Source: Polyangiales bacterium (GTDB lineage: Bacteria > Myxococcota_A > Polyangia > Polyangiales > Houyiibacteriaceae). Taken from it: a DNA stretch of 64,000 nt. Under the pieces are notes generated by a model. The model worked only from the letters and a program-made list of their open reading frames with translations. It was not told where the DNA came from and ran no database searches. Shown in pieces: positions 9,259-20,484 of the stretch (position 1 is the stretch's first letter; each line of letters begins with the position of its first letter). Location: assembly GCA_045106895.1 (NCBI GenBank), contig JBGCFM010000172.1, forward strand, positions 1-64,000, given 5' to 3'. The position numbers were made by a program, and so were the translations under genes.

Positions 9259-12200
9259 ATGGCGTCGCTAACAGTCTCGAATTACCTGGGCATGCTCCAG
9301 GAAGATCCGGATGATGATGAGTCCTTTGAAGGGCTTGCGGAGGCGCTTTCGAGCGGCGACGCGGAACGAATGGGTGAAAGCCCACTTCGTTTGATGGAGG
9401 CGGCGAGAGCGCGTCACGAGAGGCACGGTGAGCTACGCGCCGTCGCCCGGCTCATCGCACTCGAAGCCACCATCACCGAGGACGATCCGAAGTTCCGTGC
9501 GACCTTGTTGAAAGAGGTTGGACGCCTTCGTCGCGAAGAGCTCCTCGACGACGCCGGGGCCGCCGAAGCGTACCGGCAAGCGCTCGTCGCTGTGCCCGGT
9601 GACGAGGACGCGGAAGTCGCCCTCGAAGAGATCGAGCAGGCCGCGTCGAAGTGGCGGGAGATCGCAGACCGCTTCATCGAAGAAGCGGACGACGCGAGCG
9701 ACTCGGAGCTGAAAGCGTCGATGCTCGCGAAAGCGGCGACGCTTATTTGGCAGTACCAGAAGAAGGGCAAGGTCAGCGAAGTCGACCGCCTCTTTAAGCA
9801 GGCGCTGAAGGCAGACCCTGCCAGCACACGAGCGGCGAGGCTCTTCGCGCAGGCGCTCCGTAGCCGAAACAAGTGGAAGGACATGGCGAACGTCCTTCGA
9901 AAGACCGCAAACGCCGCTCGCGTCCGCGAGGAGAAGCTCAACCTCTTCCTTGCAGCCGCGCGTACGTACGCTCGCAAGGTCGAAGACAACGACAAGGCCG
10001 CCGCTTGCTATGAGCGCGTGCTCGACTTTACGCCGGGGCATGAAGAAGCGCTTCATTACCTCGTCGAGTTCTTCACGGAACGCGAAGACTGGGATCGTCT
10101 GGTCTCGTTGTACGAAGACGCGTTGCGTTCGCGCCAGAAGCTCGAGAGCGAACAGGGAATCCTGTTGCAGATCGGGATGGTGCATTGGCGCATCCGTGAA
10201 GCCCCAGCGGATGCCGAACCTTACTTCGCGCGGCTGCGAAAGATCGACCCGGCGCACGAAGGGATGCTCACGTTTTACCGCGACTACCTCGGCGAGCTCA
10301 CAAAGGGCGATGGGGAAGAGGCGGAAGAGGCGCGCACACGTCTGGTGACAGTGCTTGGCGACGCGCAGCGTGTGGTGAAGGGCGATGACGCGAAGCTCGC
10401 GATCAGCATTGAACATGCACGGATTGCCCAAGAGACGGGCGCGACGGAACGCGCGATCGATGCGTGGAAAGCTGTCCAGCGGCTCGACGGAGCCAACGAG
10501 GAAGCCGGCGAAGCCCTACGCTCTCTCTATCGCCGCGGCGAAAAGTGGAACGCCCTCGTGGAGGTCATGCGGGCCGAACTCGATGCGCTGCCCGTCAACT
10601 CCGACGACGAGAACACCAAGGTTCGGCGGATTGAGTTGCTGCGCGAACTCGTCGAAATTTACCGCGACCGGCTGAAGCTCGACGTGATGGTGACCGGTAC
10701 GCTGGCGACGCTTCTTGAGGAAGACCCGCACGACCACGAAGCCCTGGACCAGCTTGCATCGACCTACGAGTCGATGGGCCGTTGGAACGATCTGATCCCT
10801 GTTCTCGTTCGTCAGAGCGAAGCCACCGATGACCCGGTCCAAAAGGTCGAGCGCTTGATGCGGACAGCGCGACTCTGGATCGACCGTTTCGCAAACTACA
10901 ACCAAGCGACAGCGCCGCTGGAGCAGGTTATCGAGATCGAGCCCGAGAACCGCGATGCGCTCTCGGAGCTGAAAACGATCTACACGAAGAAGCGCGCTTG
11001 GCAGTCGCTCTTCACGGTTCTTGAGAAGGAGTCGCTCCTCGCTTCCGATCCCAGCGCGCGCCTGACCATGAAAGTGGAGCTGGCGACGCTCGCCGGGGAC
11101 AGACTGCATCACCACGCGGACGCGATCCGCCTCTGGCGCGAGGTTGTCGCTGAGGATCCCGCTACCGAAGGAGCGCTGGAGTCTCTTCTCAAGCTCACTG
11201 AGCGCGAGAAGGACTGGGCAGCCCACGCCGACGCGCTGGAACACGCGCAGGGTCTCGAAGAAGACGAGAAGAAGCGCATCAAACTCCTGCAGCGTCTCGG
11301 CGTGACCTGCGGCGAGCATTTGAAGGACCCCGCGAGAGCGTCGGCGGCCTGGCAACGCGTGCTTGAACTTGACCCCAAAAACGGGAAGGCCACGCGTACC
11401 TTGCGCGAGTCTTTCGTGGAGGGTCGTGACTGGGAGGGTCTCGAAGGCCTCTATGCAGAAACCGAAGACTGGGACGGCCTCGTGGACGTCCTCGGAAATG
11501 CTGCCGAACGCACCGAGGACGAGCAGCTCAAGGTCGAACTGAGCTTCCGTGCCGCGGCGGTCTATGAGGACCGAATTGGAAACCCGGAGCGCGCTTTCCG
11601 CACATATGAGCGTGTTCTTTCCGTCGAACCAAAGAACAAGCGCGCCGCTGAGAAATTGATCCCGATCTACGAGACGCAGGAGAAATGGCCGCGGCTCTTG
11701 GCCCTTCACGAAGTTCTTCTCGACACCATCGAAGAAGAGGATGTGGAGGCACGGTTGGGTGCGCTCGATAGCCTGCGCTCCTTGGCTGCAACGAAGACGC
11801 GTGATGAGCACGCAGCGTTCCGTTTTGCGTCGGAAGCTTATCGTTTGGCCCCAGAACGCGACGAAGTTCGCAAGAACGTCGAGGCGGCGGCGGAGTCGGC
11901 GGGCTCCCACGCTCGCTTGGCGGAGCTATACGAAGCGCGCATCGGCTCCGAGGATATCGAAGAGGACGAAAAGAAGGCACTTCGCCGACGTCTCGCATCG
12001 CTCTCTGGAACGGAGCTGGGCAAGCGCGACGAAGCCATCCTTCAGCTCGAGCGGATCCTCGAAAGCGACCCTCGCGACGGGGAAGCCATCGAGGCTCTCG
12101 ATGATCTTTATCGTCAGGAATCGCGCACCGATGACCTGCGAAGGCTCTTTTTGCATCGCCTTGAGCACGCAGAGGACGACGGCACTCGGTACACGGTGCT

Positions 12201-15200
12201 TTCCGAGCTCGCTCCCCTCGAAGAAGATGTGCTGGGCGACGCCGAGTCGGCTGCCGAGCGTTATCGGGCCATTCTTGCCATCGAACCTTCCGACGATAGC
12301 GCGCTGCGTTCCCTCGACCGTTTGGCCACTGCGGCAGAAAATTGGAATGAGGTAGCGACAACCCTCGAGCGGCGAAGCGAGATCAGTTCCGGCGACGAAG
12401 AGCGCGAGCTTACGCTGCGGCTGGCAGACTTGCGCCGACAGAAGCTGGATGATGCGCAGGGTGCTCTGGACGCATACTCAACGGTCCTTGGCAGTGACGA
12501 GAACAACGCGCAGGCAATCGCTGGCGTGGAGTCTCTTGCGGAAAACGAAGAGGTTCGCGCGGAAGCCGGAAGGCTCCTCGAATACGCGTACGAGAGCAGC
12601 GGCGAGCACGAAAAGCTCATGGGTGTTCTTCGCACACGTTTGTCCGCCACAGAGGAGCCCGGGGAGCGTCGATCTCTTCGGCTTCGACTCGCGGAGCTCG
12701 CCGGCGCCCTTGGCGACGTCGAAGGTGCGTTTACGGCCCTCGAGGACGCGTTTCTCGCGACCCCCAACGATATCGAGCTCTGGGAACGTCTCTCGGATAC
12801 GGCCGAGGCTTCGGGCAACCATGAGCGGCTAGCTACGGCTTTCTCCACCGCCATTGAGCACGGAGACTTGTCGGATGCAGAAGTGACGGATCTCTCCGTC
12901 CGCGTCGCTGAGATCTACGACGTTATTCTTGGTCGCCCGGCTGACGCTGAAGTTCACCATCAGCGTGTCCTCATCGACCAGCCGAACCACGAACGTGCGT
13001 TCTTGGCGCTGAAAGAGTTCTACACAGAGCGAGAGCGTTGGGACGAACTCCAGGCCCTTTACCGCTCCCGCATCGTGGAGACCGTTGACGCCGAGCTGCG
13101 CTTGGAGTTGCTACTTCAGGTGTGCTTCCTCTTTGAGGAGATCCTCGACGACGCCGAGCAGGCGATTCGTTCCTACCAAGAAGTCTTGGAACTGGAACCT
13201 GGTCATGTCCCGAGCCGACGCTCCCTTGACCGGCTCTACCGTCGGACCGAGCGATACCGTGACCTGTCGGCATTGCTCCGTCAGGAGCACGACCGCGCCG
13301 ACGAGGAGCCGCAGCGCATCGCGATCCTCTTCGAGATCGGCGAGATTCACGAACTCAAGCTGGGAGAGCCAGGAACCGCCGTCGATGAGTACGAGCGAGT
13401 CCTGGAGCTTAGCCCGACACACATCAAGGCACAGAACGCACTCGAACGCCTGCTCTCCAGTGAGGAGCAGCGTCTGCGAATTGCGCTTCTCCTCGAGCCA
13501 CTCTACGAGTCTCAGGGAGCCTGGTCAGAGCTCGCCACAGTTCTTCGTGTTCAGCTCGAAGACGTCAACGACGCCGGCGGCCGTTTAGCGCTCCTCATGC
13601 GAATCGCTGAGCTGACCGAGACGAAACTTCACGACCCGCAGAAGGCCTTCGAGACCCTTGCCGACGCAGTTCTTTCGGACCCCGCGGACACCCACGCACG
13701 AAACGAGTTCGCGCGACTTTGTTCCGTGGTGGACGGTGGGCCCCGCCGCGCCGAAGTTCTTGAGAAGGCCGCCGCAGGAGCGGAAGGCACGGGCTACGTC
13801 CAGGCCGAGATCTATCTGGAGCTCGGAGCTACCTACGACGAGATTCCTAACGACGAGAAGGCTCAGCACACGTACGAGCGTCTCATCGAACTGGACGGAC
13901 AGAACCCCGACTCAGTACTGCCCGCGGCAAGAGCCCTCGAACGCATTCACCTCGCAGCGAACAACACGGAGAAGCTGGCGGACGCGTACCGACAGCAGAT
14001 TCGCTTTGGTCTCGACGAAGACCAACGCGGCCAGCTTCTTGAGAAGCTCGGCGCACTCCTCGAGCAAAATGGCGACCTCGACGGTGCCGTCAACGCCTAC
14101 CGTCAGCGTCTTGATTTCGACCCGGGCGACTTGGAAGCTCTCAGCGCCCTCGAGCGCCTCTACACCAACCAAGAAGATTGGCCAAAGCTCATCGAGACGC
14201 TGCGTAGTCGTGACACCTCCGTCGACGACGAGGTGGAACAACGCGAGCTTTCTGTTCGTATTGGTGCGGTGTATCAGGAGCGATTGAACGACCCTGAAAA
14301 CGCGATCGCCGCATACAACGACGCGCTTCTTCGTTTCGGACAAGACGAGCATGTGCTTTCGTCACTAGCCGCCCTCTACGGCGGCCAGGAGAGTTGGCAG
14401 GACCTTCTCGAGGTCCGTGAGCAACAGTTCGAAGCTGCCGCAGATGCGGAGCAGGGCGCGGGCCTCCAGTTCGAGATGGCGGAGCTTATGCGTCTCCGGA
14501 CCGGCGAAGAAGAACGCTCCATCGAACTCTACTCACAGGTTCTGCGTGTCCTTCCGGGCCACGAAGGGACCGTCGAGGCGCTGGACCAACTCGTTCAACA
14601 CGACGAACGTCACGTGGGCATCGAAGCGGCGCGCGCGTTGGTGCCGCATTACGAAGTCGCAGGAAACCACGGTAAGCTCATCGGGGTTCTTCAAGTTGTC
14701 GCCGACGGTGATGATCCGGAGGAGCGCCTCCGCAGCCTTCGGCGGGCTGCAGAAGTCGCAGACGTCGGACACGACAATCCGGCCCAAGCTTTCGAGCTTA
14801 TGTCGCGAGCGGTTCGTGCCGGAACGGCTGAAGAAGGCTTCGAATCGATGCTCTCCGATGTGGAGCGCTTCGCCGTCGCGGCGGAGAAACACGAAGAGCA
14901 CGTACAGCTTCTTGAAGAGGTCGCGCCGGAGATTCTCGACGCCGACCTGCAGACCAGCGTCTATATGCGTGCTGCGTCTGTTGCTCGAGAACGGCTCAAC
15001 GACAGCGCTCGGGCCCGCACTTTCTATCAGAGTGTTCTTGAGAACCGCCCCGACGATGTTCGAGCGCTCGACGCACTCTTGGAACTGCAGGCTTCCGACG
15101 GCGACCACGCCGCGCTTCGCGTCACTCTCCGTCGAAAGATTGAACTGGAAGAGGATGTGGCGCAGCGCATCGTTCTGCTGGAGCGCCTCGCCAAGTTGCT

Positions 15201-18200
15201 CGAAGATGAGCTGGAGGACGTTCCGGCGGCCATCGATGCGCTTGAAGAGCTTCTCCTCGAAGACGATCAGCGTGTTGCCACTTACGAAGCGCAAGAAGCG
15301 CTGTTGACGAAGGCGGAGCGCTGGGATGACCTTGCCCAGCTCTATGAGCGTTGGCTGGATGTCGGCGTCGGCAACCCGGTTGAACTCCGACACAAGCTCG
15401 GAAGCGTCGCAGCGAAACACCTGGACGACCCGTACCGGGCCATCGACCAGTGGCGAGAAGCCTTGGCCATGGACGGCAACCATGAGCCGAGCATCAGCGC
15501 TGTTGAGCAGCTGATGATCACCGATGAGTTCCGCGGTGCTGCTGCGGAACTTCTTGAGCCTGTGTTCTTGGCGCGAATGGAATGGCCGCGTGTTGTGAGC
15601 GCGCTTGAGGCGCGTCTGACGGTCACGGACGACATGGAAGGCCGCAAGGAGATTCATCGTCGCCTTGGACAGATCCACGAGGACTACCTTGAGGATCTCG
15701 AGGGCGCGCTGGAGCGATACGCTGCGCTCTTCCGCGAAGAACCGCGTGACCAAGATGCGTGGGATACCCTTGGTAGGCTTGGCCGCGTCCTTGAGATGTG
15801 GGAGCGCCTGGCGGATATTTACCGTGGACCCATCGATGAGTTTGGGGTCGGCGACGACGACTTTGCGCGACTGGCCAAGACGGCTGCGCGTTTGTACGAC
15901 GAGCGAGTTGGGAACCTCGAACAGACGGCGTCGCTCTACGAAAAGGTTCTCGATTTCGACGAGACTGACCGTGAGGCCTTCGACGCGTTGCGCAGCGCCT
16001 ACACACGCGCGGAGCGCACGGAAGACCTGCTGAAGCTCTTGCGTCGACGCGTCGACGTCGCGGACAGCGACGACGAGCGACTCGAGTTGCTTCACAATAT
16101 TGCAGAACTCCATCAAGCAGCCGGAAACACAAGCGCCGCCATCGACGTGCATCAAGAGGCTGTTCAGCACATGCCGAGCGATGCTCGATCCGTCGAAGCG
16201 CTCGACACACTGCTCACGGAGAGTGAGCGCTTCGTCGACCTTGCGGACCATCTTCGCTTCCGCGTTGACGCTGCTGAGGGTACAGCTCGCTCGGATCTGG
16301 AGTTGCGTCTTGGTCGCCTGACCAACGACAAGCTCGAGGATGTGCGCGGCGCCGTCGATGTGTACGAAGAGACCATCCTTCGTGATCCAGGACACGTTGG
16401 GACCATCACGGCTCTCGAGGAGCTCGTAGTCAACGAAGAGCACCAAGGGCGCATTACGGAGTTGCTTGAGCCCATCTACCGCAACGCGGACGAATGGAAA
16501 AAGCTCGTTGCCATCTTGGAGGCGCGCGCGATGCATGCGCACCGCAGCGACCAGGTGCCCCTCTTCGCCGAGATCGGCAAGATGCATGAAGAGCGTGGCA
16601 ACGACAGCGCGCTCGCATTCCACGCCTGGTCGAGGGCATTCGCCGCCGACGCTGCGGATGAGACCGTTCGTGGCGAGGTGGACAGGCTCGCCAACGCCTT
16701 GGGCGCTTGGGATGAGCATGTCGCTTCGTACGAGGTAGCGATTCGCGAATGCGACGACCCGGATATCCAGAGCCAGCTCTTGATGACCGTGGCGCAGACT
16801 CACGATGCACGCCGCGGCGATCCACGCGCGGCCATCGAAACGTACGAACGCCTGGCTGCTCACGATGAGGCGGACCTTGCGGCCCTCGACGCCCTCGAAG
16901 GACTCCACACTATGGTGGGCGACTGGCGTGGTCTCGTCGACGTACTCACCCGTAAGGTCGCTCGACGCTTCGACCCCATCGAACGTGCGGAGCTCCTGCG
17001 CCGAAGCGCCTCCGTTCTTGAAGAGCTCCTCGGAGACCCAGGCGCAGCGATCAAGGAATACGAGAAGGCTCTGGAAGAAGATCCAGAGGACGTGATCGCG
17101 CTTGAGTCATTGGACCGCCTGCTCGGTGCCGCGTCACGTTCGGATGAACTTGCCGTCATCTTGCGACGCCGGTCGGAGATTGAGACAGACGAAGAGGTTC
17201 GCGTCGAGGTTGGACTTCGTCTCGGCCAGCTGACCGAGACCCAGCTCAACCAACCCAACGACGCTATCGATGCGTTCACACGGGTCCTTGAACTTTCGCC
17301 GACGCAGCCCATCGCCATCGAGAGCCTTGGTCGGCTTTACGAGCGCCAGGCAATGTGGCCTGAGCTGCTGGACAACCTTCAGGTGCGAGCGTCCACCGCG
17401 CAAGCTTCAGACGTACGTCTCTCGCATGTCCATCGTGCCGGGGAGGTCTACGAACGGGAGCTCGACGATGTGCATGAAGCGATCATGCAGTACCAACAGG
17501 CACTGGAACTCGATGCACGTCACGAGCCTTCCCTCGCTGCGCTGATTCGAATCAGTCGACTCGAAGACTACCGTCACCAGGCGTCCGAGATTCTTGAGCC
17601 CCTGTTGCACGTTCAAGAGCGCTGGGATGACCTCGCCGAGCTGTACAGAACTCGCGCCGAGGGCGCGAGCGACTCCTTCGACCGAAAGGCGGACTACATT
17701 CGTCTGGCGGAAGTCGAGGAGAACGGGCGCCGCGATTTGGTCGCGTCATTTAGCGCGACGGCGGCGGCATTCGGAGAAGACCCGAACGACGAAGAGACGG
17801 CTTCGCGTCTCGAGCGTCTTGCCGGCGAGACCGGCGCATACGACAAACTCGTCGAAGAGTTTGGAACCCGAGCCGCTTCGGTCATGGACCCAGAAGTGGC
17901 GCGAAACCTCTACTGGCGCGTGGCGCGAATTGCAGAGAACCAGCTCTCTGATGACGAGCGGGCTATCGGCGCGTACCAGCATGCGCTGGAGCAGGCCGGT
18001 GATGACCGGGAAGCCTTGGAAGCACTCGACCGACTCTTCGTGAAGGGCGAACGGTGGTCGAGCCTCGGTGAAGTCGTAGAGCGCCGCATCACGCTCTGCG
18101 ATGACCCGACAGCCCGAGCAGACCTCCTCATTCGCCTTGGCGAACTGCGGGAAGGGCACTTTGGCGACAAGCGTGGAGCTTTTGCTGCATATCAAGAAGT

Positions 18201-20484
18201 ACTGGAGCGAGACCCAGGAGATGGGCGCGCGACAGAAGCACTTGAACGCCTCGGCACCGAGCCGGAGCTTGCCCTCGATGTCATCGACGTTCTGGAAGGG
18301 GCCTACCGAGACACAGGCGCCTTGGAACGCGTCGCAGGTCTCTACACACTGCGCGTGAACCTGGCGGACACGGACGGCGAACGTGTTCGCATTCTGCAGG
18401 AGGCTGCGCAGCTTTGGGAGGGCGAGCTTGGCCGCCCTGAAGACGCGTTTGCGTCGCTTCGAAAAGCTGCAGAACTCGACCCGCTCGACGACTCGATGCT
18501 CGATGAACTCGAGCGTTTGGCCCACGCTTGCGGAAAGCCGGAGCTATTGCGCGGCTTCGCAGAGAGCGTGGTTGAAGCGGGGTCCGCATCGGGCCGAGCG
18601 CTTCGCGATGTTCATGTTCGTGCCGCTCGTTGGTACACAGATGGACTTGGTGACCAGGCAGCGGCGGAGACGCAGCTTCGGGCAGCCTTGGCCATTGATG
18701 ACGAAGCCACGGACGTACACGGTCGCTTGGTCGATCTGCTTCGCGGGCCAGGGCGAGAAGCTGAGTTGGTCACGTCCCTGAAGGCGTGGGCTGCGGCAGA
18801 CAGTGACGACTTCAACAAGGTCGAGCGTTTGCTGGAGGCGGCGCGCCTCAGTGAGTCGGCCGTGGGCGACAGGGATGCCGCGGCGGAATGCTACGACAGC
18901 GTCTTGGCTCTTGAGCCTGGACACGAGGCAGCGTTGCGCGCGCTCACGCAGATTCGTGAGGACGAAGAGAAGTGGGACGAGGTCGCCAGTTTGCTGACCC
19001 GTCGCATCGACCTCGAAATGGACCCGACGAGCCGCGTAGATTTGCGCCGGCGCGTGGCGACACTCTTGGCCGGTCCTCTGGCGAATCCTGCAGAAGCCAC
19101 GCGCGCTTGGGAAGGCGTCCTCGACGAAGAGCCCGCCGACATGCAGGCAATCGGCGAGCTTGAAGCGCTCTACGAAGCGGCGGAACGCTGGGAAGAGCTG
19201 CGTGAGCTCCTCGACCGGCGGTTGGACGCTGCCACGACGGACTCTGAACGAGTCTCGGCGCGCGTTCGCCTTGCACGCCTCGCAGAAAAGGCCTTTGGCC
19301 GACGCGACGATGCATTGGACCAGCTCCGTGGGGTTCTCGAGATCGATCCGCAGAACGGTGAAGCCCTCGACGAACTTGAGCGCCTTCTCACCTTGGAAGA
19401 AGACTGGGAAGAGTTGGTTTCGTTGCTCGAGCGACGGGCGGGGAACGCCAATGGCGCGGGCGATTGGCCGGCCGAACGAGATGCTCTTGCACGGATCGCG
19501 AGCCTTCATGAGGAGCACCGCAACGACGCGCACTCCGCTCTGGAGATTCACGGGATGATCCTGACATCGGAGCCGGGGCATGTCCCTTCGCTCCAGCGAG
19601 TGGTCGCCATTCACGAAGCAGCCGGCCACACTGAATCGGCTGCGGATGCGCTTGAGAGGCTTGCGCCTCATCTTGAGGCCGCACCCGCCGCCGCCGCGTA
19701 CCAGCGACTGGCGACGATTGCAGAAGACCAGCTGAGTGACGCGCCTCGGGCGCTGGCGGCGTTGCGGCGTGCGTACGAGCTACAGCCGACGGCAACGACG
19801 CGGGAGCTGCTGCGAACTCATCACGAGCACCATGAAAACTGGACGGAGTACGCCATGCTCCTCGATGCGGAGACCGCGGAGGTTGAAGAACCTGAGGCGC
19901 AAGCCGCTCTTCTGAAGCGCATCGCCGACGTCTATGTGACCAAGCTTGAAGACCCCGGTAGCGCGGCGACATACCTCGAGCGTGCCAGCCGTCTTGCGCC
20001 GGATGACCGTGAGATCCTGCTTCCTCTCTGCGACCTCTACATCGCCGCCGGGAGACAATCCGATGCGGTGCCGGTCCTTCGTCAGATCATCGAGAGCTTC
20101 GGCGGACGCCGAAGCAAAGAGCTGGCGCAATACCATCACCGACTGGGCAAAGCGGTTCAAGGGATGGGCGACGCCCAAGGAGCCATGGAGCACTTCGACG
20201 CGGCCTTCCGCATCGACCTCACCAACGTCGCTATTCTCCGAGACCTCGGTAAGCTCGCCCTGGACATGGGTGACCTGGCGAGAGCTCAGAAGACGTTCCG
20301 CGCGCTTCTCCTGCAGAAGCTCAAGCCGGACGTCGGCATCACAAAGGCCGACGTGTATTTCTACCTCGGCAGCATCGCGAACCAAGAAGGAGATGCCCGC
20401 AAGGCCGTCTCGATGCTTGAGCGCGCCATGAGTGAGGATTCCGAGCACGAGGCGGCAAAGGCGCTGCTCAGTACGCTCAAGTGA
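9259..20484 (+). CDS. Giant TPR-repeat protein, AgmK-like (adventurous gliding motility family)
   Basis: About 3740 aa uninterrupted ORF of helical repeats (A...Y..vL..dP....Al..L..lY....W..L); myxobacterial giant TPR architecture. Start 9259 or 9211. Confidence 0.85.
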   Translation: MASLTVSNYLGMLQEDPDDDESFEGLAEALSSGDAERMGESPLRLMEAARARHERHGELRAVARLIALEATITEDDPKFRATLLKEVGRLRREELLDDAGAAEAYRQALVAVPGDEDAEVALEEIEQAASKWREIADRFIEEADDASDSELKASMLAKAATLIWQYQKKGKVSEVDRLFKQALKADPASTRAARLFAQALRSRNKWKDMANVLRKTANAARVREEKLNLFLAAARTYARKVEDNDKAAACYERVLDFTPGHEEALHYLVEFFTEREDWDRLVSLYEDALRSRQKLESEQGILLQIGMVHWRIREAPADAEPYFARLRKIDPAHEGMLTFYRDYLGELTKGDGEEAEEARTRLVTVLGDAQRVVKGDDAKLAISIEHARIAQETGATERAIDAWKAVQRLDGANEEAGEALRSLYRRGEKWNALVEVMRAELDALPVNSDDENTKVRRIELLRELVEIYRDRLKLDVMVTGTLATLLEEDPHDHEALDQLASTYESMGRWNDLIPVLVRQSEATDDPVQKVERLMRTARLWIDRFANYNQATAPLEQVIEIEPENRDALSELKTIYTKKRAWQSLFTVLEKESLLASDPSARLTMKVELATLAGDRLHHHADAIRLWREVVAEDPATEGALESLLKLTEREKDWAAHADALEHAQGLEEDEKKRIKLLQRLGVTCGEHLKDPARASAAWQRVLELDPKNGKATRTLRESFVEGRDWEGLEGLYAETEDWDGLVDVLGNAAERTEDEQLKVELSFRAAAVYEDRIGNPERAFRTYERVLSVEPKNKRAAEKLIPIYETQEKWPRLLALHEVLLDTIEEEDVEARLGALDSLRSLAATKTRDEHAAFRFASEAYRLAPERDEVRKNVEAAAESAGSHARLAELYEARIGSEDIEEDEKKALRRRLASLSGTELGKRDEAILQLERILESDPRDGEAIEALDDLYRQESRTDDLRRLFLHRLEHAEDDGTRYTVLSELAPLEEDVLGDAESAAERYRAILAIEPSDDSALRSLDRLATAAENWNEVATTLERRSEISSGDEERELTLRLADLRRQKLDDAQGALDAYSTVLGSDENNAQAIAGVESLAENEEVRAEAGRLLEYAYESSGEHEKLMGVLRTRLSATEEPGERRSLRLRLAELAGALGDVEGAFTALEDAFLATPNDIELWERLSDTAEASGNHERLATAFSTAIEHGDLSDAEVTDLSVRVAEIYDVILGRPADAEVHHQRVLIDQPNHERAFLALKEFYTERERWDELQALYRSRIVETVDAELRLELLLQVCFLFEEILDDAEQAIRSYQEVLELEPGHVPSRRSLDRLYRRTERYRDLSALLRQEHDRADEEPQRIAILFEIGEIHELKLGEPGTAVDEYERVLELSPTHIKAQNALERLLSSEEQRLRIALLLEPLYESQGAWSELATVLRVQLEDVNDAGGRLALLMRIAELTETKLHDPQKAFETLADAVLSDPADTHARNEFARLCSVVDGGPRRAEVLEKAAAGAEGTGYVQAEIYLELGATYDEIPNDEKAQHTYERLIELDGQNPDSVLPAARALERIHLAANNTEKLADAYRQQIRFGLDEDQRGQLLEKLGALLEQNGDLDGAVNAYRQRLDFDPGDLEALSALERLYTNQEDWPKLIETLRSRDTSVDDEVEQRELSVRIGAVYQERLNDPENAIAAYNDALLRFGQDEHVLSSLAALYGGQESWQDLLEVREQQFEAAADAEQGAGLQFEMAELMRLRTGEEERSIELYSQVLRVLPGHEGTVEALDQLVQHDERHVGIEAARALVPHYEVAGNHGKLIGVLQVVADGDDPEERLRSLRRAAEVADVGHDNPAQAFELMSRAVRAGTAEEGFESMLSDVERFAVAAEKHEEHVQLLEEVAPEILDADLQTSVYMRAASVARERLNDSARARTFYQSVLENRPDDVRALDALLELQASDGDHAALRVTLRRKIELEEDVAQRIVLLERLAKLLEDELEDVPAAIDALEELLLEDDQRVATYEAQEALLTKAERWDDLAQLYERWLDVGVGNPVELRHKLGSVAAKHLDDPYRAIDQWREALAMDGNHEPSISAVEQLMITDEFRGAAAELLEPVFLARMEWPRVVSALEARLTVTDDMEGRKEIHRRLGQIHEDYLEDLEGALERYAALFREEPRDQDAWDTLGRLGRVLEMWERLADIYRGPIDEFGVGDDDFARLAKTAARLYDERVGNLEQTASLYEKVLDFDETDREAFDALRSAYTRAERTEDLLKLLRRRVDVADSDDERLELLHNIAELHQAAGNTSAAIDVHQEAVQHMPSDARSVEALDTLLTESERFVDLADHLRFRVDAAEGTARSDLELRLGRLTNDKLEDVRGAVDVYEETILRDPGHVGTITALEELVVNEEHQGRITELLEPIYRNADEWKKLVAILEARAMHAHRSDQVPLFAEIGKMHEERGNDSALAFHAWSRAFAADAADETVRGEVDRLANALGAWDEHVASYEVAIRECDDPDIQSQLLMTVAQTHDARRGDPRAAIETYERLAAHDEADLAALDALEGLHTMVGDWRGLVDVLTRKVARRFDPIERAELLRRSASVLEELLGDPGAAIKEYEKALEEDPEDVIALESLDRLLGAASRSDELAVILRRRSEIETDEEVRVEVGLRLGQLTETQLNQPNDAIDAFTRVLELSPTQPIAIESLGRLYERQAMWPELLDNLQVRASTAQASDVRLSHVHRAGEVYERELDDVHEAIMQYQQALELDARHEPSLAALIRISRLEDYRHQASEILEPLLHVQERWDDLAELYRTRAEGASDSFDRKADYIRLAEVEENGRRDLVASFSATAAAFGEDPNDEETASRLERLAGETGAYDKLVEEFGTRAASVMDPEVARNLYWRVARIAENQLSDDERAIGAYQHALEQAGDDREALEALDRLFVKGERWSSLGEVVERRITLCDDPTARADLLIRLGELREGHFGDKRGAFAAYQEVLERDPGDGRATEALERLGTEPELALDVIDVLEGAYRDTGALERVAGLYTLRVNLADTDGERVRILQEAAQLWEGELGRPEDAFASLRKAAELDPLDDSMLDELERLAHACGKPELLRGFAESVVEAGSASGRALRDVHVRAARWYTDGLGDQAAAETQLRAALAIDDEATDVHGRLVDLLRGPGREAELVTSLKAWAAADSDDFNKVERLLEAARLSESAVGDRDAAAECYDSVLALEPGHEAALRALTQIREDEEKWDEVASLLTRRIDLEMDPTSRVDLRRRVATLLAGPLANPAEATRAWEGVLDEEPADMQAIGELEALYEAAERWEELRELLDRRLDAATTDSERVSARVRLARLAEKAFGRRDDALDQLRGVLEIDPQNGEALDELERLLTLEEDWEELVSLLERRAGNANGAGDWPAERDALARIASLHEEHRNDAHSALEIHGMILTSEPGHVPSLQRVVAIHEAAGHTESAADALERLAPHLEAAPAAAAYQRLATIAEDQLSDAPRALAALRRAYELQPTATTRELLRTHHEHHENWTEYAMLLDAETAEVEEPEAQAALLKRIADVYVTKLEDPGSAATYLERASRLAPDDREILLPLCDLYIAAGRQSDAVPVLRQIIESFGGRRSKELAQYHHRLGKAVQGMGDAQGAMEHFDAAFRIDLTNVAILRDLGKLALDMGDLARAQKTFRALLLQKLKPDVGITKADVYFYLGSIANQEGDARKAVSMLERAMSEDSEHEAAKALLSTLK

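Noticed and set aside
14533..16908. 791-aa minus-strand ORF, and other long antisense ORFs inside the TPR gene
   Set aside because: Shadow frames expected from GC-rich codon bias; no recognisable motifs.
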